From positions 466 through 64,465 of the forward strand of contig DASROF010000027.1 of NCBI GenBank assembly GCA_035647075.1: 64,000 nt of DNA, given 5' to 3'. The notes beneath the pieces are model-generated. The model did not search any database and was not told the DNA's origin. It saw only the letters and a list, made by a program, of their open reading frames with translations. Positions 9,210 to 18,628 of this stretch are shown here, in pieces. Source of the stretch: Vicinamibacterales bacterium (lineage in GTDB: Bacteria; Acidobacteriota; Vicinamibacteria; Vicinamibacterales; UBA2999). How positions within the stretch are numbered: position 1 is the stretch's first letter; each line of letters opens with the position of its first letter. The position numbers were made by a program, and so were the translations under genes.

Positions 9210-10823
9210 CTATCGCAGCGGCACTTCCTGCACTGTCTCGAGATCGATCTTGGACTGGATGTAATCGAGGATCGCCCGCAGCTCGTTGTTCTGCGAAACC
9301 GACAGGTCTCGCTGCGCCTGGAAGACGAGGAAGTTGGTCGACGTACCGGCCTCGAACTTACGCTGCTCGGCCTCGAGACGACGCTGCGTGAACTCGCGCG
9401 ACGCCCTCGTCGTCTGCACCCGCTGCTGGTTGGTGACCACCTGACGGGCGGCCTGGCGAACCTGCGTCGTCACCTGCAGTTCCTGATTCTTCAGCTGGGC
9501 CTGGTCCCTGGCCTGCTGCAGCCGTACGCGGGCCAGGCTGGCCTGCTGCGGACTCTTTCCGATCGGCTGACTGAAATTGATTGAGAACGTCCACGCCGGG
9601 AAATCGTTGGTCAGCAGGTCGGACAGCACCGATCCGAGTCCGCGGTGCTCTTCGCCGATGACGGCGCCCGGGGTCAGGCCCACGCCCGCTGAGCGGAGGA
9701 ACTGAACGCCGCCGATTGCGCTCAAGCCGTAGTTGAACTGTGCGCTCACGTCGGGCAGGGTCTGGTTCTTCAGGAAGCCGATGTTGATGTCGTTCGCCTC
9801 CATCGACTTCCTGGCCTGCAGCAGATCAGTCCGACGGTCCAGTGCATTACGAATCGCGGCATTCACGTCGACGGGAATCGGTTCGAACGGCGGCATGTCG
9901 ATTGGCTCGATCTTGATGGTCCAGAAGTCCGGCATCGACGGGTTGTAAACAAGCAGCCGGAGGTTGTCCTCCGCCGTATCGATCTGAGCCTGGCCGACGA
10001 TCACGGATTCCCGCCTCGTCGCGACTTCGGCTTCCGCCTCCACGATGTCGATGGGCGGAGTGGTGCCGATCTCGACACGCGCCTTCGTGTTGCGCAGCGA
10101 TTCTTCGGCAAGATCCAGCGATTGCTGGGCCACCCGCAGCGCGGCGATCTGATACGCCAGCTCCCAATAGGCGTTGCGCACGTTCCGGGACGTCCCCGTC
10201 AGTGTCTGCCGCAATCCGACATCGGCGATCTCGCGATTCTTCTCACTGAGCTGGAGCTGCTCGCGGGCGCTGTCGATCTTGAATCCTCGCCAGAGCGGTT
10301 GCGTGTAATTAAACGAGATTGATGAACGGAGCTGCGGGTTGAAGTTGCTGAAGAAGTTATTCGACGTCGAGCGCGCGCCGTCGAAGCCGGCGGAATAGTT
10401 CCCACCGAACCACGGCAGCTGCTGCTGCACTTCCGTCGTCATCGAGAACTGGTCGGAGTTGAGGGCGGCGCCCTGCGCGCCCGACAGAAAACTGTTGGGC
10501 GGCGACGTGTTGCTGTTTTGTTGCAACGACGAATTCAACGTCGGCGTCCAGGCGCGGCGCGCCTGCACGACGTTCAAATTCTCGATCTGCGGATCGAATC
10601 GCGCGATCTCAATACCGAGGTTGTTCTCCGCAGCCAGGCGGACTGCCTCGTCAGCGGTCAGGCGCCGCACCTGCGTTCCAGCGGCGGCGGCCTGCTGGAG
10701 CGCAGCCGGCAGCAGCACGCCACCGGCTGCCGCCTGCCGCCCTTGTGCGAAAACGGACGATGAGGGCGTGAGACCGGCCACACACAACGTCATGACGACC
10801 GGCAGAATTCCAGACGTACGCAT
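9210..10823 (-). CDS. TolC-family outer membrane efflux protein
   Basis: Signal peptide, AAENNLGIEIARFDP, two OEP repeats (VRNAYWEL; AEQRKFEAGTSTNFLVFQAQRDL). Start uncertain, ATG 10823 chosen. Confidence 0.9.
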   Translation of the reverse strand: MRTSGILPVVMTLCVAGLTPSSSVFAQGRQAAAGGVLLPAALQQAAAAGTQVRRLTADEAVRLAAENNLGIEIARFDPQIENLNVVQARRAWTPTLNSSLQQNSNTSPPNSFLSGAQGAALNSDQFSMTTEVQQQLPWFGGNYSAGFDGARSTSNNFFSNFNPQLRSSISFNYTQPLWRGFKIDSAREQLQLSEKNREIADVGLRQTLTGTSRNVRNAYWELAYQIAALRVAQQSLDLAEESLRNTKARVEIGTTPPIDIVEAEAEVATRRESVIVGQAQIDTAEDNLRLLVYNPSMPDFWTIKIEPIDMPPFEPIPVDVNAAIRNALDRRTDLLQARKSMEANDINIGFLKNQTLPDVSAQFNYGLSAIGGVQFLRSAGVGLTPGAVIGEEHRGLGSVLSDLLTNDFPAWTFSINFSQPIGKSPQQASLARVRLQQARDQAQLKNQELQVTTQVRQAARQVVTNQQRVQTTRASREFTQRRLEAEQRKFEAGTSTNFLVFQAQRDLSVSQNNELRAILDYIQSKIDLETVQEVPLR

Positions 10824-10918
10824 CAATGCCGAGCTCCCATGTAAGGATCTTCGTGTCTTCGTAGTTAACACCTGTAGGACGATCACTTTGCGCCGGATGT
10901 TCGCCTGAAAGCAAAAGG

Positions 10919-10924
10919 TATACT
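10919..10924 (+). promoter_or_regulatory. -10 element (TATACT) of a probably leaderless pyrE transcript
   Basis: TATACT-N7-GTG(10932), with no SD upstream of the start. Confidence 0.5.
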
Positions 10925-10931
10925 CGCCGAC

Positions 10932-11510
10932 GTGTCTGCCGCCACCGCTGATGACGTTCTGAGCCTGTTCCGCCGCGTCGGAGCGCTCCTGGAAGGACAT
11001 TTCAGGCTCACGTCCGGCCTGCACAGTTCTGGATATCTGCAGTGCGCCCTCGTCCTTCAGCACCCGCGCGAGGCGGAGGCCTGCGGCGTGGGCATAGCCG
11101 AACGGGTCCGCAGTCTGGGTGCGACCGTGGTCCTGTCACCGGCTCTTGGCGGGATTGTCATTGGCCACGAGGTTGCCCGCGCGCTTGGCGTTCGCGCGAT
11201 CTTTGCCGAACGGCAGGACGGAACGCTGACGCTGCGGCGCGGTTTTTCATTGGGCGCCGGCGACCGGGTGCTGGTCGTGGAGGATGTTGTGACGACCGGT
11301 GGTTCGACACGGGAAACGATCGACGTGGCCCGGGCGCAGGGAGCGAGTGTTGTCGGGGCCGCCGCGATCATCGATCGCAGCGGCGGCAGCCAGAACCTGG
11401 ATGTTCCCTTCCATGCGCTCGCGACGGTGTCGCTGCCGACCTACCAGCCAGACGCGTGTCCGCTCTGCGCGCGCGGCGAGCCCGTCGTGAAGCCCGGCTC
11501 CCGCGCATGA
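10932..11510 (+). CDS. pyrE: Orotate phosphoribosyltransferase (canonical)
   Basis: GHFRLTSGLHSSGYLQC, SPALGGI, FAERQDGTLTLRRG, VVEDVVTTGGS, CPLC...KPGSR. Confidence 0.95.
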   Translation: MSAATADDVLSLFRRVGALLEGHFRLTSGLHSSGYLQCALVLQHPREAEACGVGIAERVRSLGATVVLSPALGGIVIGHEVARALGVRAIFAERQDGTLTLRRGFSLGAGDRVLVVEDVVTTGGSTRETIDVARAQGASVVGAAAIIDRSGGSQNLDVPFHALATVSLPTYQPDACPLCARGEPVVKPGSRA

Positions 11511-11513
11511 CCG

Positions 11514-12251
11514 ATGCGCACCCTGAAGATCACGCTGGCCTACGATGGCAGCCGGTTCGTCGGCTGGCAGCGCCAGGCGGACGGTGAGTCGATCCAGGGC
11601 CTGCTCGAAGACGCACTGGCCCGGTTCGAAGGCGGTCCCGTCACGGCTCATGGAGCAGGGCGCACAGACGCGGGGGTGCATGCACTCGGTCAGGTTGCCA
11701 GCGCGCGCGTAACGTTCGCGCACGACGTGTCCACGTTGACCAGGGCATTGAACGCCCATTTACCTCCCGACGTGCGCGTCGTGTCTGTCGCGGACGCCGA
11801 CGAGGCCTTTCACGCGCGGTTCAGTTCCAGAGCCAAGACCTATCGCTACCAGATCCGCAACACGGCAGTTGCCGACCCGTTCGATCGAGCGTTCGTCTGG
11901 CATCTCCCGGAGCCGCTTGCCGTCGAGTCGATGGCACTGGCCTCGGCATCGCTCGTCGGCACGCATGACTTCGGCGCGTTCAGGAGTGTCGGCAGCGAAG
12001 TCGCCAGTTCGGTGCGCACGGTCACGAGGTCGGCGTGGCGTCGGCATGACGGTCTGCTGACGTACGAGATCTCCGGCGACGGGTTTCTTCGTCATATGGT
12101 GCGGGCGATCGTTGGAACGCTGGTGGAGATTGGTCGCGGGTGGCGTCAGCCGGAAGATATCCCGGCACTTCTCGGGGGAGGCACCCGCGCACACGCCGGG
12201 GCAACGGCGCCGCCGCACGGCCTGTTCCTTGTGTCGGTGGACTATGATTAG
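11514..12251 (+). CDS. truA: tRNA pseudouridine(38-40) synthase
   Basis: AYDGSRFVGWQRQ, GAGRTDAGVHALGQV, FHARF, GTHDF, GFLRHMVR, APPHGLFL. Confidence 0.97.
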   Translation: MRTLKITLAYDGSRFVGWQRQADGESIQGLLEDALARFEGGPVTAHGAGRTDAGVHALGQVASARVTFAHDVSTLTRALNAHLPPDVRVVSVADADEAFHARFSSRAKTYRYQIRNTAVADPFDRAFVWHLPEPLAVESMALASASLVGTHDFGAFRSVGSEVASSVRTVTRSAWRRHDGLLTYEISGDGFLRHMVRAIVGTLVEIGRGWRQPEDIPALLGGGTRAHAGATAPPHGLFLVSVDYD

Positions 12252-12277
12252 GCGCTTGCAGACAGGGGACATGCCAC

Positions 12278-13069
12278 GTGGCGCGTGACGAGCTGCTGGC
12301 GTGGATTCCGGCCGGCGATGCCGACCGCATGCTCGTGGATCAGCTGCATTTCGAGCGGCTCCCTGCGCATATCGCCGTCATCATGGACGGCAACGGGCGA
12401 TGGGCTGCGCAACGTCATCTGCCACGCGTCGAGGGCCATCGCGCCGGTATCGACGCGGTTCGCGACACGGTCGAGACCGGAGCCCGCCTCGGAATAGACG
12501 TCCTAACCCTGTACGCCTTTTCTGTCGAGAACTGGAAGCGCCCGGCCTCCGAAGTCGGGACACTCATGGGGCTGTTGAAGCGCTATCTGCGCTCCGAGCT
12601 GAACACACTCCTCGCCAACAACATCCGTTTTCAAGTCATCGGCCGGATGGAGGAGCTGTCCGCCGACATTCAAGACGAGTTGCATCGCGCCATGGAGCGC
12701 ACCGCGAAGAATTCCGGTATGCGGTTCAACATCGCGCTGAATTACGGCGGCCGCACGGAGATTCTCGATGCGGTGAAGCAGGTGATTGCGGACGGTCTCC
12801 GGCCGCAGGACCTCACCGAGGAACGTTTCGCGTCGCTGCTCTATACGGCCGGCCAGCCCGATCCGGATCTCCTGATTCGCACCAGCGGCGAAATGCGCGT
12901 CAGCAATTTCCTGCTCTGGCAGATCGCCTACGCCGAAATCTACGTGACCGAAACGCTCTGGCCCGACTTCCGGCGGCGTCACCTGTTCGAAGCGGTTCTC
13001 GCCTACCAGAAACGCGAGCGCCGTTACGGCGGCATCACTCCATCACCGGCCATCATCGGCGCGAAATGA
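12278..13069 (+). CDS. uppS: Undecaprenyl diphosphate synthase (isoprenyl transferase)
   Basis: HIAVIMDGNGRWA, YAFSVENWKRP, LNYGGR, DLLIRTSGEMRVSNFLLWQ, RERRYGG. Confidence 0.97.
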   Translation: MARDELLAWIPAGDADRMLVDQLHFERLPAHIAVIMDGNGRWAAQRHLPRVEGHRAGIDAVRDTVETGARLGIDVLTLYAFSVENWKRPASEVGTLMGLLKRYLRSELNTLLANNIRFQVIGRMEELSADIQDELHRAMERTAKNSGMRFNIALNYGGRTEILDAVKQVIADGLRPQDLTEERFASLLYTAGQPDPDLLIRTSGEMRVSNFLLWQIAYAEIYVTETLWPDFRRRHLFEAVLAYQKRERRYGGITPSPAIIGAK

Positions 13070-13836
13070 CCCGTGTGCTCAGCGGGATCGTCATGGCCGC
13101 GGGCGCGCTGGCGGCGATTCTGTTTCTGCCGCCAATCGGGCTGAGAGTGCTGGTTGCCGTGCTCGCTGGCGCGGCGGCCTTCGAATACATGGCGCTCGTC
13201 GGAGTGGACAACTCGCGTGGCCGCGTCGGGTTTGTCCTTCTCGCTGGCCTTATCGCCTGGCAGCTGTCGTCCGGGGTCCAGATGGCCATCATTGCGCCGA
13301 TGGCCCTGTTCGTCGCCGGGGCGTTCGCCGTGTTCTTCAAACGGACGACGGGGCAGCAGGCGGTGCTCGGGGCGTTCTCGATGGTGTACATCGGAATGCC
13401 GCTGGGCATGCTGGCCGCCCTCCAGATTGCGCGCGGCTGGCGTGCGACGGTGCTGCTCATCGCAACCGTCGTGGTCAGCGATTCGCTGCAGTTCTATACG
13501 GGCCGCCTGTTTGGTAAGCACCCGCTCGCGCCCGCGATCAGTCCGAAGAAGACGATCGAAGGCGCTATCGGCGGCGCGATCGCAGGCACGTTGTTCATGG
13601 CGTTCGCCGGCCGAATCGTTTTTCTGGAGCAACCGCGGCTGATGCTCGCCCTCCTCGGCCTGGTCATGGTGCTGCTGGGGATTCTCGGCGATCTGTTCGA
13701 GTCGCGTCTCAAGCGCGAAGCGAACGTCAAAGACAGCTCGTCGTTGATTCCCGGCCATGGCGGCGTGCTGGATCGCATTGATGCGCTGTTGTTCGTCACT
13801 CCGGCGTTTGTGATCGCGGCAGGTGTCGTGAGGTGA
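13066..13836 (+). CDS. cdsA: Phosphatidate cytidylyltransferase
   Basis: Multi-TM; SDSLQFYTGRLFGKHPLAPAISPKKTIEG, GDLFESRLKR, KDSSSLIPGHGGVLDRID. ATGA overlap with uppS. Confidence 0.92.
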   Translation: MTRVLSGIVMAAGALAAILFLPPIGLRVLVAVLAGAAAFEYMALVGVDNSRGRVGFVLLAGLIAWQLSSGVQMAIIAPMALFVAGAFAVFFKRTTGQQAVLGAFSMVYIGMPLGMLAALQIARGWRATVLLIATVVVSDSLQFYTGRLFGKHPLAPAISPKKTIEGAIGGAIAGTLFMAFAGRIVFLEQPRLMLALLGLVMVLLGILGDLFESRLKREANVKDSSSLIPGHGGVLDRIDALLFVTPAFVIAAGVVR

Positions 13837-15002
13837 AACGGATCGCGATCCTGGGTTCGACCGGCTCCATTGGCCGAAGCGCGCTGGCGGTCGTCGATGC
13901 GCACCCGTCCCGGCTTCAGGTCGCCGCACTCGCTGCTGGGGACAACGCTGCACTCCTTGCCGAGCAGATCAACCAATACAAACCCCGTGTCGCGGCGATT
14001 GCCACTGCCACGGGTCTGGATCGACTGCGGCCTGCACTGAGCTCAGCCACTACCACCCGCGTTCTTTCGGGTGCCGACGGACTCCTGGAAGTTGCGTCGC
14101 ATCCCGAAGTCGATGTCGTGATCTGCGCGTCTGCCGGCACGGCCGGGCTCGAAGCGGTGCTTGCCGCCATTGAGGCTGGCAAGACCATCGCGCTCGCGAA
14201 CAAGGAAGTGCTCGTCATGGCCGGTGCGCTGGTGATGGAGGCCGCACAGCGCAACCGTGTGTCGATCTTGCCGGTGGACAGCGAACACAACGCTATCCAC
14301 CAATGCCTTCACGGCCGAAACCCAGACGAGATCAGAAGGCTGATCCTGACGGCCTCAGGCGGCCCGTTCCGGGCGCTTCCGGAAGCAGACCTCGAGCGAG
14401 TGAGGCCCGAAGCCGCGTTGCGGCATCCCACGTGGCAAATGGGGCGGAAGATCACGATCGACTCTGCGACACTTATGAACAAAGGGCTGGAGGTGATCGA
14501 GGCGCACTGGCTCTTCGGCGTTGATGCCGACCGCATCGATGTGCTGATCCATCCGCAATCGATCGTGCACTCGATGGTGGAGCTCAACGACGGCTCGGTG
14601 ATCGCACAGCTCGGCATCACGGACATGCGCCTGCCGATCCAGTACGCATGCTCGTATCCCGAGCGGTGGGACACGGCACTGCCGACGTTGAATCTGGCGA
14701 AAGCGGGCCGGCTCGAATTTCATGAACCTGCACACGATCGATTTCCCTGCCTTGCACTGGCGTACCGGGCTCTCCGGGCGGGAGGGACGCTGCCGGTCGT
14801 GTTGAATGCCGCCAACGAGGTCGCGGTCGAGGCGTTTCTCGACGGCAAGCTCGGCTTTACGGCGATTCCGCGCGTCATCGAGAAAACGATGAACACACAC
14901 GAGATCGAACGCGTCGCCACGATCGACACCGTTCGCCGCGTCGATCGGTGGGCCCGCCAGCAGGCACACGATGCGGCGCGGGCGCTAGAATTGACAGTGT
15001 AG
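13833..15002 (+). CDS. dxr: 1-deoxy-D-xylulose-5-phosphate reductoisomerase
   Basis: LGSTGSIG, LANKE, LPVDSEH, LTASGGPF, HPTWQMGRKITIDSATLMNKGLE. Confidence 0.98.
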   Translation: MKRIAILGSTGSIGRSALAVVDAHPSRLQVAALAAGDNAALLAEQINQYKPRVAAIATATGLDRLRPALSSATTTRVLSGADGLLEVASHPEVDVVICASAGTAGLEAVLAAIEAGKTIALANKEVLVMAGALVMEAAQRNRVSILPVDSEHNAIHQCLHGRNPDEIRRLILTASGGPFRALPEADLERVRPEAALRHPTWQMGRKITIDSATLMNKGLEVIEAHWLFGVDADRIDVLIHPQSIVHSMVELNDGSVIAQLGITDMRLPIQYACSYPERWDTALPTLNLAKAGRLEFHEPAHDRFPCLALAYRALRAGGTLPVVLNAANEVAVEAFLDGKLGFTAIPRVIEKTMNTHEIERVATIDTVRRVDRWARQQAHDAARALELTV

Positions 15003-16324
15003 TGGTCACCATTCTCGCGTTCCTGTTCGTTCTTGGCGTCCTGGTGTTCGTTCACGAGCTGGGACACTTTCTCGCCGCGCGCCGTGTCGGCGTTCGCGTC
15101 ATCACGTTTTCGCTCGGGTTCGGGCCGAAGATCCTGAAATTCACCCGCGGCGACACGGAATACTGCGTCAGTGCGGTTCCGCTTGGCGGCTACGTCAAGA
15201 TGGCGGGCGAGAACCCCGACGATGTGCGGTCGGGCCAGCCGGATGAGTTCCTATCCAAAAGCAAGTGGCAGCGGTTCCAGATTCTGATCGCGGGACCGGT
15301 GATGAACATTGTGCTCGCCGTGGTCGTGCTGGCGTTCGTGCTGGCGCAGGGCGCGCATGTGGCCGCCTATCGCGACGAGCCACCGATCGTCGGTGTCGTT
15401 GTGAAGGGATCGCCGGCGGAACGCGCCGGGTTGATGCCTGGCGACCGCATCCTGGTGGTCAACGCCGACCGTGTCGACACCTGGGAAGACATGCTCATGC
15501 GGGTGGCCACCAAGGCAAACCGCGAAGTCGAGCTCTCCGTCCTGCGCGGCGGTCAGACCATCATCGTCGGCGTCCGACCAGCGTCTGAGGGAAGATTCGA
15601 GGTGGGCACCTTGGGTGTGATGCCCGCCAACACGCACCCAATCGTCGATTCTGTGATTGCCGATGGGCCGGCCCAGAAGGCGGGCCTCAAGGCGAAGGAC
15701 GAGATCGTCGCCATCAACGGCGAGCCGATGGTGTTCCGGTCCCAGCTCATCACGGCGATTTCGAAGCACGGCGGCCAGACCGTCACCCTGACCGTCAAAA
15801 GAGCAGACCAGACATTCGACCTCCGTGCGACGCCAGCGAAGCGCGGCTCGCGCGGAATGCTCGACATGTACCTGACGGACCGCGTGAAGTCGTTCACGCC
15901 CGGTCCACTCGAAGCTGTCAAGCTCAGCGTCGAAGAGAACGTCGAATCCAGCGGGCTGATTTTCAGGACCCTCGCGGGCCTCTTCACCGGAGAGACGTCC
16001 GTCCGCCAGCTGCAGGGTCCTGTCGGAATCGCGCAGCTGTCGGGCGAATCGGCGGCCGAAGGCTGGATTCCGCTCTTCTCGCTGATGGCGATGCTCAGCA
16101 TCAACCTCGGGATCCTGAATCTGATGCCGATTCCCGTGCTCGACGGAGGACATATTCTGATCCTGATGCTCGAGGGGATTGCGCGGCGCGACTTCAGTAT
16201 GCGCGTGAAGGAAAAGATGCTGCTGGCGGGATTCGTATTGCTGATGATGCTGATGGTCACTGTCATCTACAACGATTTGACCCGCATCAGCTGGATTGAA
16301 AACCTGATGCCCTGGCGGCAGTAG
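15002..16324 (+). CDS. rseP: RIP metalloprotease RseP with two PDZ domains
   Basis: HELGH, GGYVKMAGE, AGPVMN, two PDZ domains, NLMPIPVLDGGH. GTG 15002. Confidence 0.93.
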   Translation: MVTILAFLFVLGVLVFVHELGHFLAARRVGVRVITFSLGFGPKILKFTRGDTEYCVSAVPLGGYVKMAGENPDDVRSGQPDEFLSKSKWQRFQILIAGPVMNIVLAVVVLAFVLAQGAHVAAYRDEPPIVGVVVKGSPAERAGLMPGDRILVVNADRVDTWEDMLMRVATKANREVELSVLRGGQTIIVGVRPASEGRFEVGTLGVMPANTHPIVDSVIADGPAQKAGLKAKDEIVAINGEPMVFRSQLITAISKHGGQTVTLTVKRADQTFDLRATPAKRGSRGMLDMYLTDRVKSFTPGPLEAVKLSVEENVESSGLIFRTLAGLFTGETSVRQLQGPVGIAQLSGESAAEGWIPLFSLMAMLSINLGILNLMPIPVLDGGHILILMLEGIARRDFSMRVKEKMLLAGFVLLMMLMVTVIYNDLTRISWIENLMPWRQ

Positions 16325-16354
16325 AGGCCAAGGGCAAGGCCCAAGGCCTAAGGA
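16325..16354 (+). repeat. Short AAGGCCY-type tandem repeat tract
   Basis: AGGCCAAGGGC-AAGGCCC-AAGGCCT-AAGG running into the GGAGG SD. Reverse complement of the CCTTGGG tract at 49483. Confidence 0.45.
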
Positions 16355-16360
16355 GGCAGG

Positions 16361-17290
16361 ATGTCGTTCATGATCCGGGCTGCACTCGTTGCAGCCGTTG
16401 CGCTGAGTCTCGCGGGGCCGGCCGTCGCTCAGCAGAGTGTGACGCAGGCCGATATTCAGCGTCTGCAGGACAACGTGTTCCAGACGGAACGTGACATCAA
16501 CCAGATGCCGTCTCGCGACTCGGCGCGCGTGGCGCAGCTGCGCGACGACCTGGACGACCTCCGGGACGAAGTCATTTACCTGAAGGTCAAGCTGCGGAAA
16601 GAGCGCAACGTCACTCGCGCTGAATACGCGGATGTTCGGGATCGCATCGAGGATCTCCGCAGCCGCGTCCGCGGCGATGCGTCTTCCCGGTCCACTGCCG
16701 CGCCGCCGTTGCCGGCCCCAGCAGCGTCTACACCACCGCCCGCGCCGGCCGCGACCAGAACCCAGCCCCAGACTGCGGGTGGCGCCAATGAAATCCCGGC
16801 AGGAACGGAGTTGGATGTACGGCTCCAGAACAGCCTCAACTCAGGGACGGCCCAGGTCGAGGATCGTTTTGAGGGCACGACGCTGGTCGATCTCAACGTG
16901 AACGGCCGAGTCGTGATTCCAGCCGGATCGGTGATGCGCGGTGTGGTGACGGCGGTTGAGCCCGGCACGCGCACGAATCGCACCGCCAAGATGACCGTCA
17001 GCTTCGACCAGGTGACGGTGAACGGACGCGCCTATCCAATGCGCGGAACCGTGACCGAGGCGCTCAAGGGCGAAGGGATCCGCGGTGAGGCAACGCGCGC
17101 CGGAGCAGGTGCCGCCGTCGGCGGAATTATCGGCGCAGTGCTGGGTGGAGCGAAAGGCGCGCTGCTCGGTGTGCTCATCGGCGGAGGTGGAACGATCGCC
17201 GCGACTGAAGGCAAGGAAGTCGAGTTACCGCAAGGCACGGTGCTCCGAGTCCGTGTCGACGCTCCGCTGCAGATTCAGAACGCCCGTTGA
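16361..17290 (+). CDS. Secreted protein: coiled coil + Pro-rich linker + TrbI/VirB10-like beta domain with glycine zipper
   Basis: Signal peptide, heptad-rich N-domain, IPAGTELDVRLQNSLNS...GRVVIPAGSVMRGVV, GAGAAVGGIIGAVLGG...GGGG, ELPQGTVLRVR. Strong GGAGG SD. Confidence 0.7.
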   Translation: MSFMIRAALVAAVALSLAGPAVAQQSVTQADIQRLQDNVFQTERDINQMPSRDSARVAQLRDDLDDLRDEVIYLKVKLRKERNVTRAEYADVRDRIEDLRSRVRGDASSRSTAAPPLPAPAASTPPPAPAATRTQPQTAGGANEIPAGTELDVRLQNSLNSGTAQVEDRFEGTTLVDLNVNGRVVIPAGSVMRGVVTAVEPGTRTNRTAKMTVSFDQVTVNGRAYPMRGTVTEALKGEGIRGEATRAGAGAAVGGIIGAVLGGAKGALLGVLIGGGGTIAATEGKEVELPQGTVLRVRVDAPLQIQNAR

Positions 17291-17296
17291 CCCATA

Positions 17297-17320
17297 GGGG
17301 CCGGCCTGAAGGTCGGCCCC
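17297..17320. terminator. GC-rich hairpin between convergent genes (REP-like, probably a bidirectional terminator)
   Basis: GGGGCCGGCC-TGAA-GGTCGGCCCC, a 10-bp stem with one G-U pair, preceded by ATAG (GTAG-like). Confidence 0.6.
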
Positions 17321-17326
17321 TCCCAT

Positions 17327-18628
17327 TCAGCCCCGCGCCACCTTCCGCACTTCCTTCATCGCGCTCCGTGCCGCCGCGATCGTTTTCGCGATATCCCGAT
17401 CGCTATGCGCCGCCGACAGGAACCACGCCTCGAACTGCGACGGCGGCGGGTAGATGCCGCGGGCAAGCATGGCGTTGAAAAACGTCGCATAGGCGGCAGT
17501 GTTGGACCGCACAGCCGAGTCGTAATCGCGGACCGGCGCATTGGTGAAGAACGGCGTCAGCAGTGATCCGAACGCATTGACCTGAAGCGGGACACCGGCC
17601 TCGCGTGCCGCGTCCGCGAGTCCGGCGGCGAGGATGGCGCCACGCCGCGCGAGGTCTTTGTACAGACGCGGCTTCAGTCGTTCAAGCGCCCAGAGGCCAG
17701 CCGTCATCGCGACCGGGTTGCCCGAGAGCGTGCCGGCCTGGTAGACCGGGCCGGCCGGAGCCACCAGCGACATCACATCCGCACGGCCGCCATAGGCGCC
17801 GACCGGAAGACCGCCGCCGATGATTTTTCCAAGACAGGTGAGGTCGGGTGAGACGTCGAACACCGATTGCGCCCCACCGGCGGCCGCGCGAAAGCCGGAG
17901 ATCACCTCGTCGAAGATCAGCAGGGTGCCGTTCGCGGTGCATCGCTCGCGCAGACCGGCCAGGAAACCGGCGGCCGGCGGCACGACGCCGATGTTGCCTG
18001 CGATCGGCTCGACGATGACTGCGGCGATCGACGTGCCGTGTTCTCGTATCAGCGAGTCCACGGACGCCAGATCGTTATAGCCCGCGATCAGCGTATCGGC
18101 GGCGACCGCGGGCGTGACGCCCGGACTGGTGGGGATGCCCAGGGTGAGCGCACCGGACCCTGCCTTGACGAGGAATGCGTCGGCGTGGCCGTGATAGCAG
18201 CCCGCGAACTTGATGATGCGAGATCGGTTCGTGAACGCCCGCGCCACGCGGATCGCGCTCATGGCCGCTTCGGTACCCGAGCTGACGAACCGGACGCGCT
18301 CGAGTGACGGCATCAATGTGCGGACACGGGCGCCGAGCTCGTGTTCGAGCGCGGACGGCGCGCCGAAACTGGTGCCCGTGCGTGCCGCGGCGCTGATGGC
18401 GCGGACCAGTCCACGTGGCGCATGCCCGTGCAGCAGCGGCCCCCACGACATTACATAGTCGATGTAGGTGTTGCCATCGACATCGCGGATCCGGGCGCCG
18501 GAGGCGCGGCTGATGAACAGCGGGGTACCGCCGACGGCCTGGAACGCACGAACCGGACTATCGACGCCGCCGGGAAGGATGGTGCTCGCTCGCGCGAAGA
18601 GCTTTCGTGATGTGACCGGCTTCTTCAT
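17327..18628 (-). CDS. hemL: Glutamate-1-semialdehyde 2,1-aminomutase
   Basis: [66 protein letters not shown]. Confidence 0.98.
   Translation of the reverse strand: MKKPVTSRKLFARASTILPGGVDSPVRAFQAVGGTPLFISRASGARIRDVDGNTYIDYVMSWGPLLHGHAPRGLVRAISAAARTGTSFGAPSALEHELGARVRTLMPSLERVRFVSSGTEAAMSAIRVARAFTNRSRIIKFAGCYHGHADAFLVKAGSGALTLGIPTSPGVTPAVAADTLIAGYNDLASVDSLIREHGTSIAAVIVEPIAGNIGVVPPAAGFLAGLRERCTANGTLLIFDEVISGFRAAAGGAQSVFDVSPDLTCLGKIIGGGLPVGAYGGRADVMSLVAPAGPVYQAGTLSGNPVAMTAGLWALERLKPRLYKDLARRGAILAAGLADAAREAGVPLQVNAFGSLLTPFFTNAPVRDYDSAVRSNTAAYATFFNAMLARGIYPPPSQFEAWFLSAAHSDRDIAKTIAAARSAMKEVRKVARG

Noticed and set aside
10824-10931. Second PyrR site upstream of canonical pyrE
   Set aside because: No CUUUAA / UCCnGnGAG motif, and the transcript appears leaderless.
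16361-17290. Type IV secretion system or conjugative element
   Set aside because: Only a VirB10-like domain; no VirB4/VirD4, relaxase, pilin or integrase in the window.
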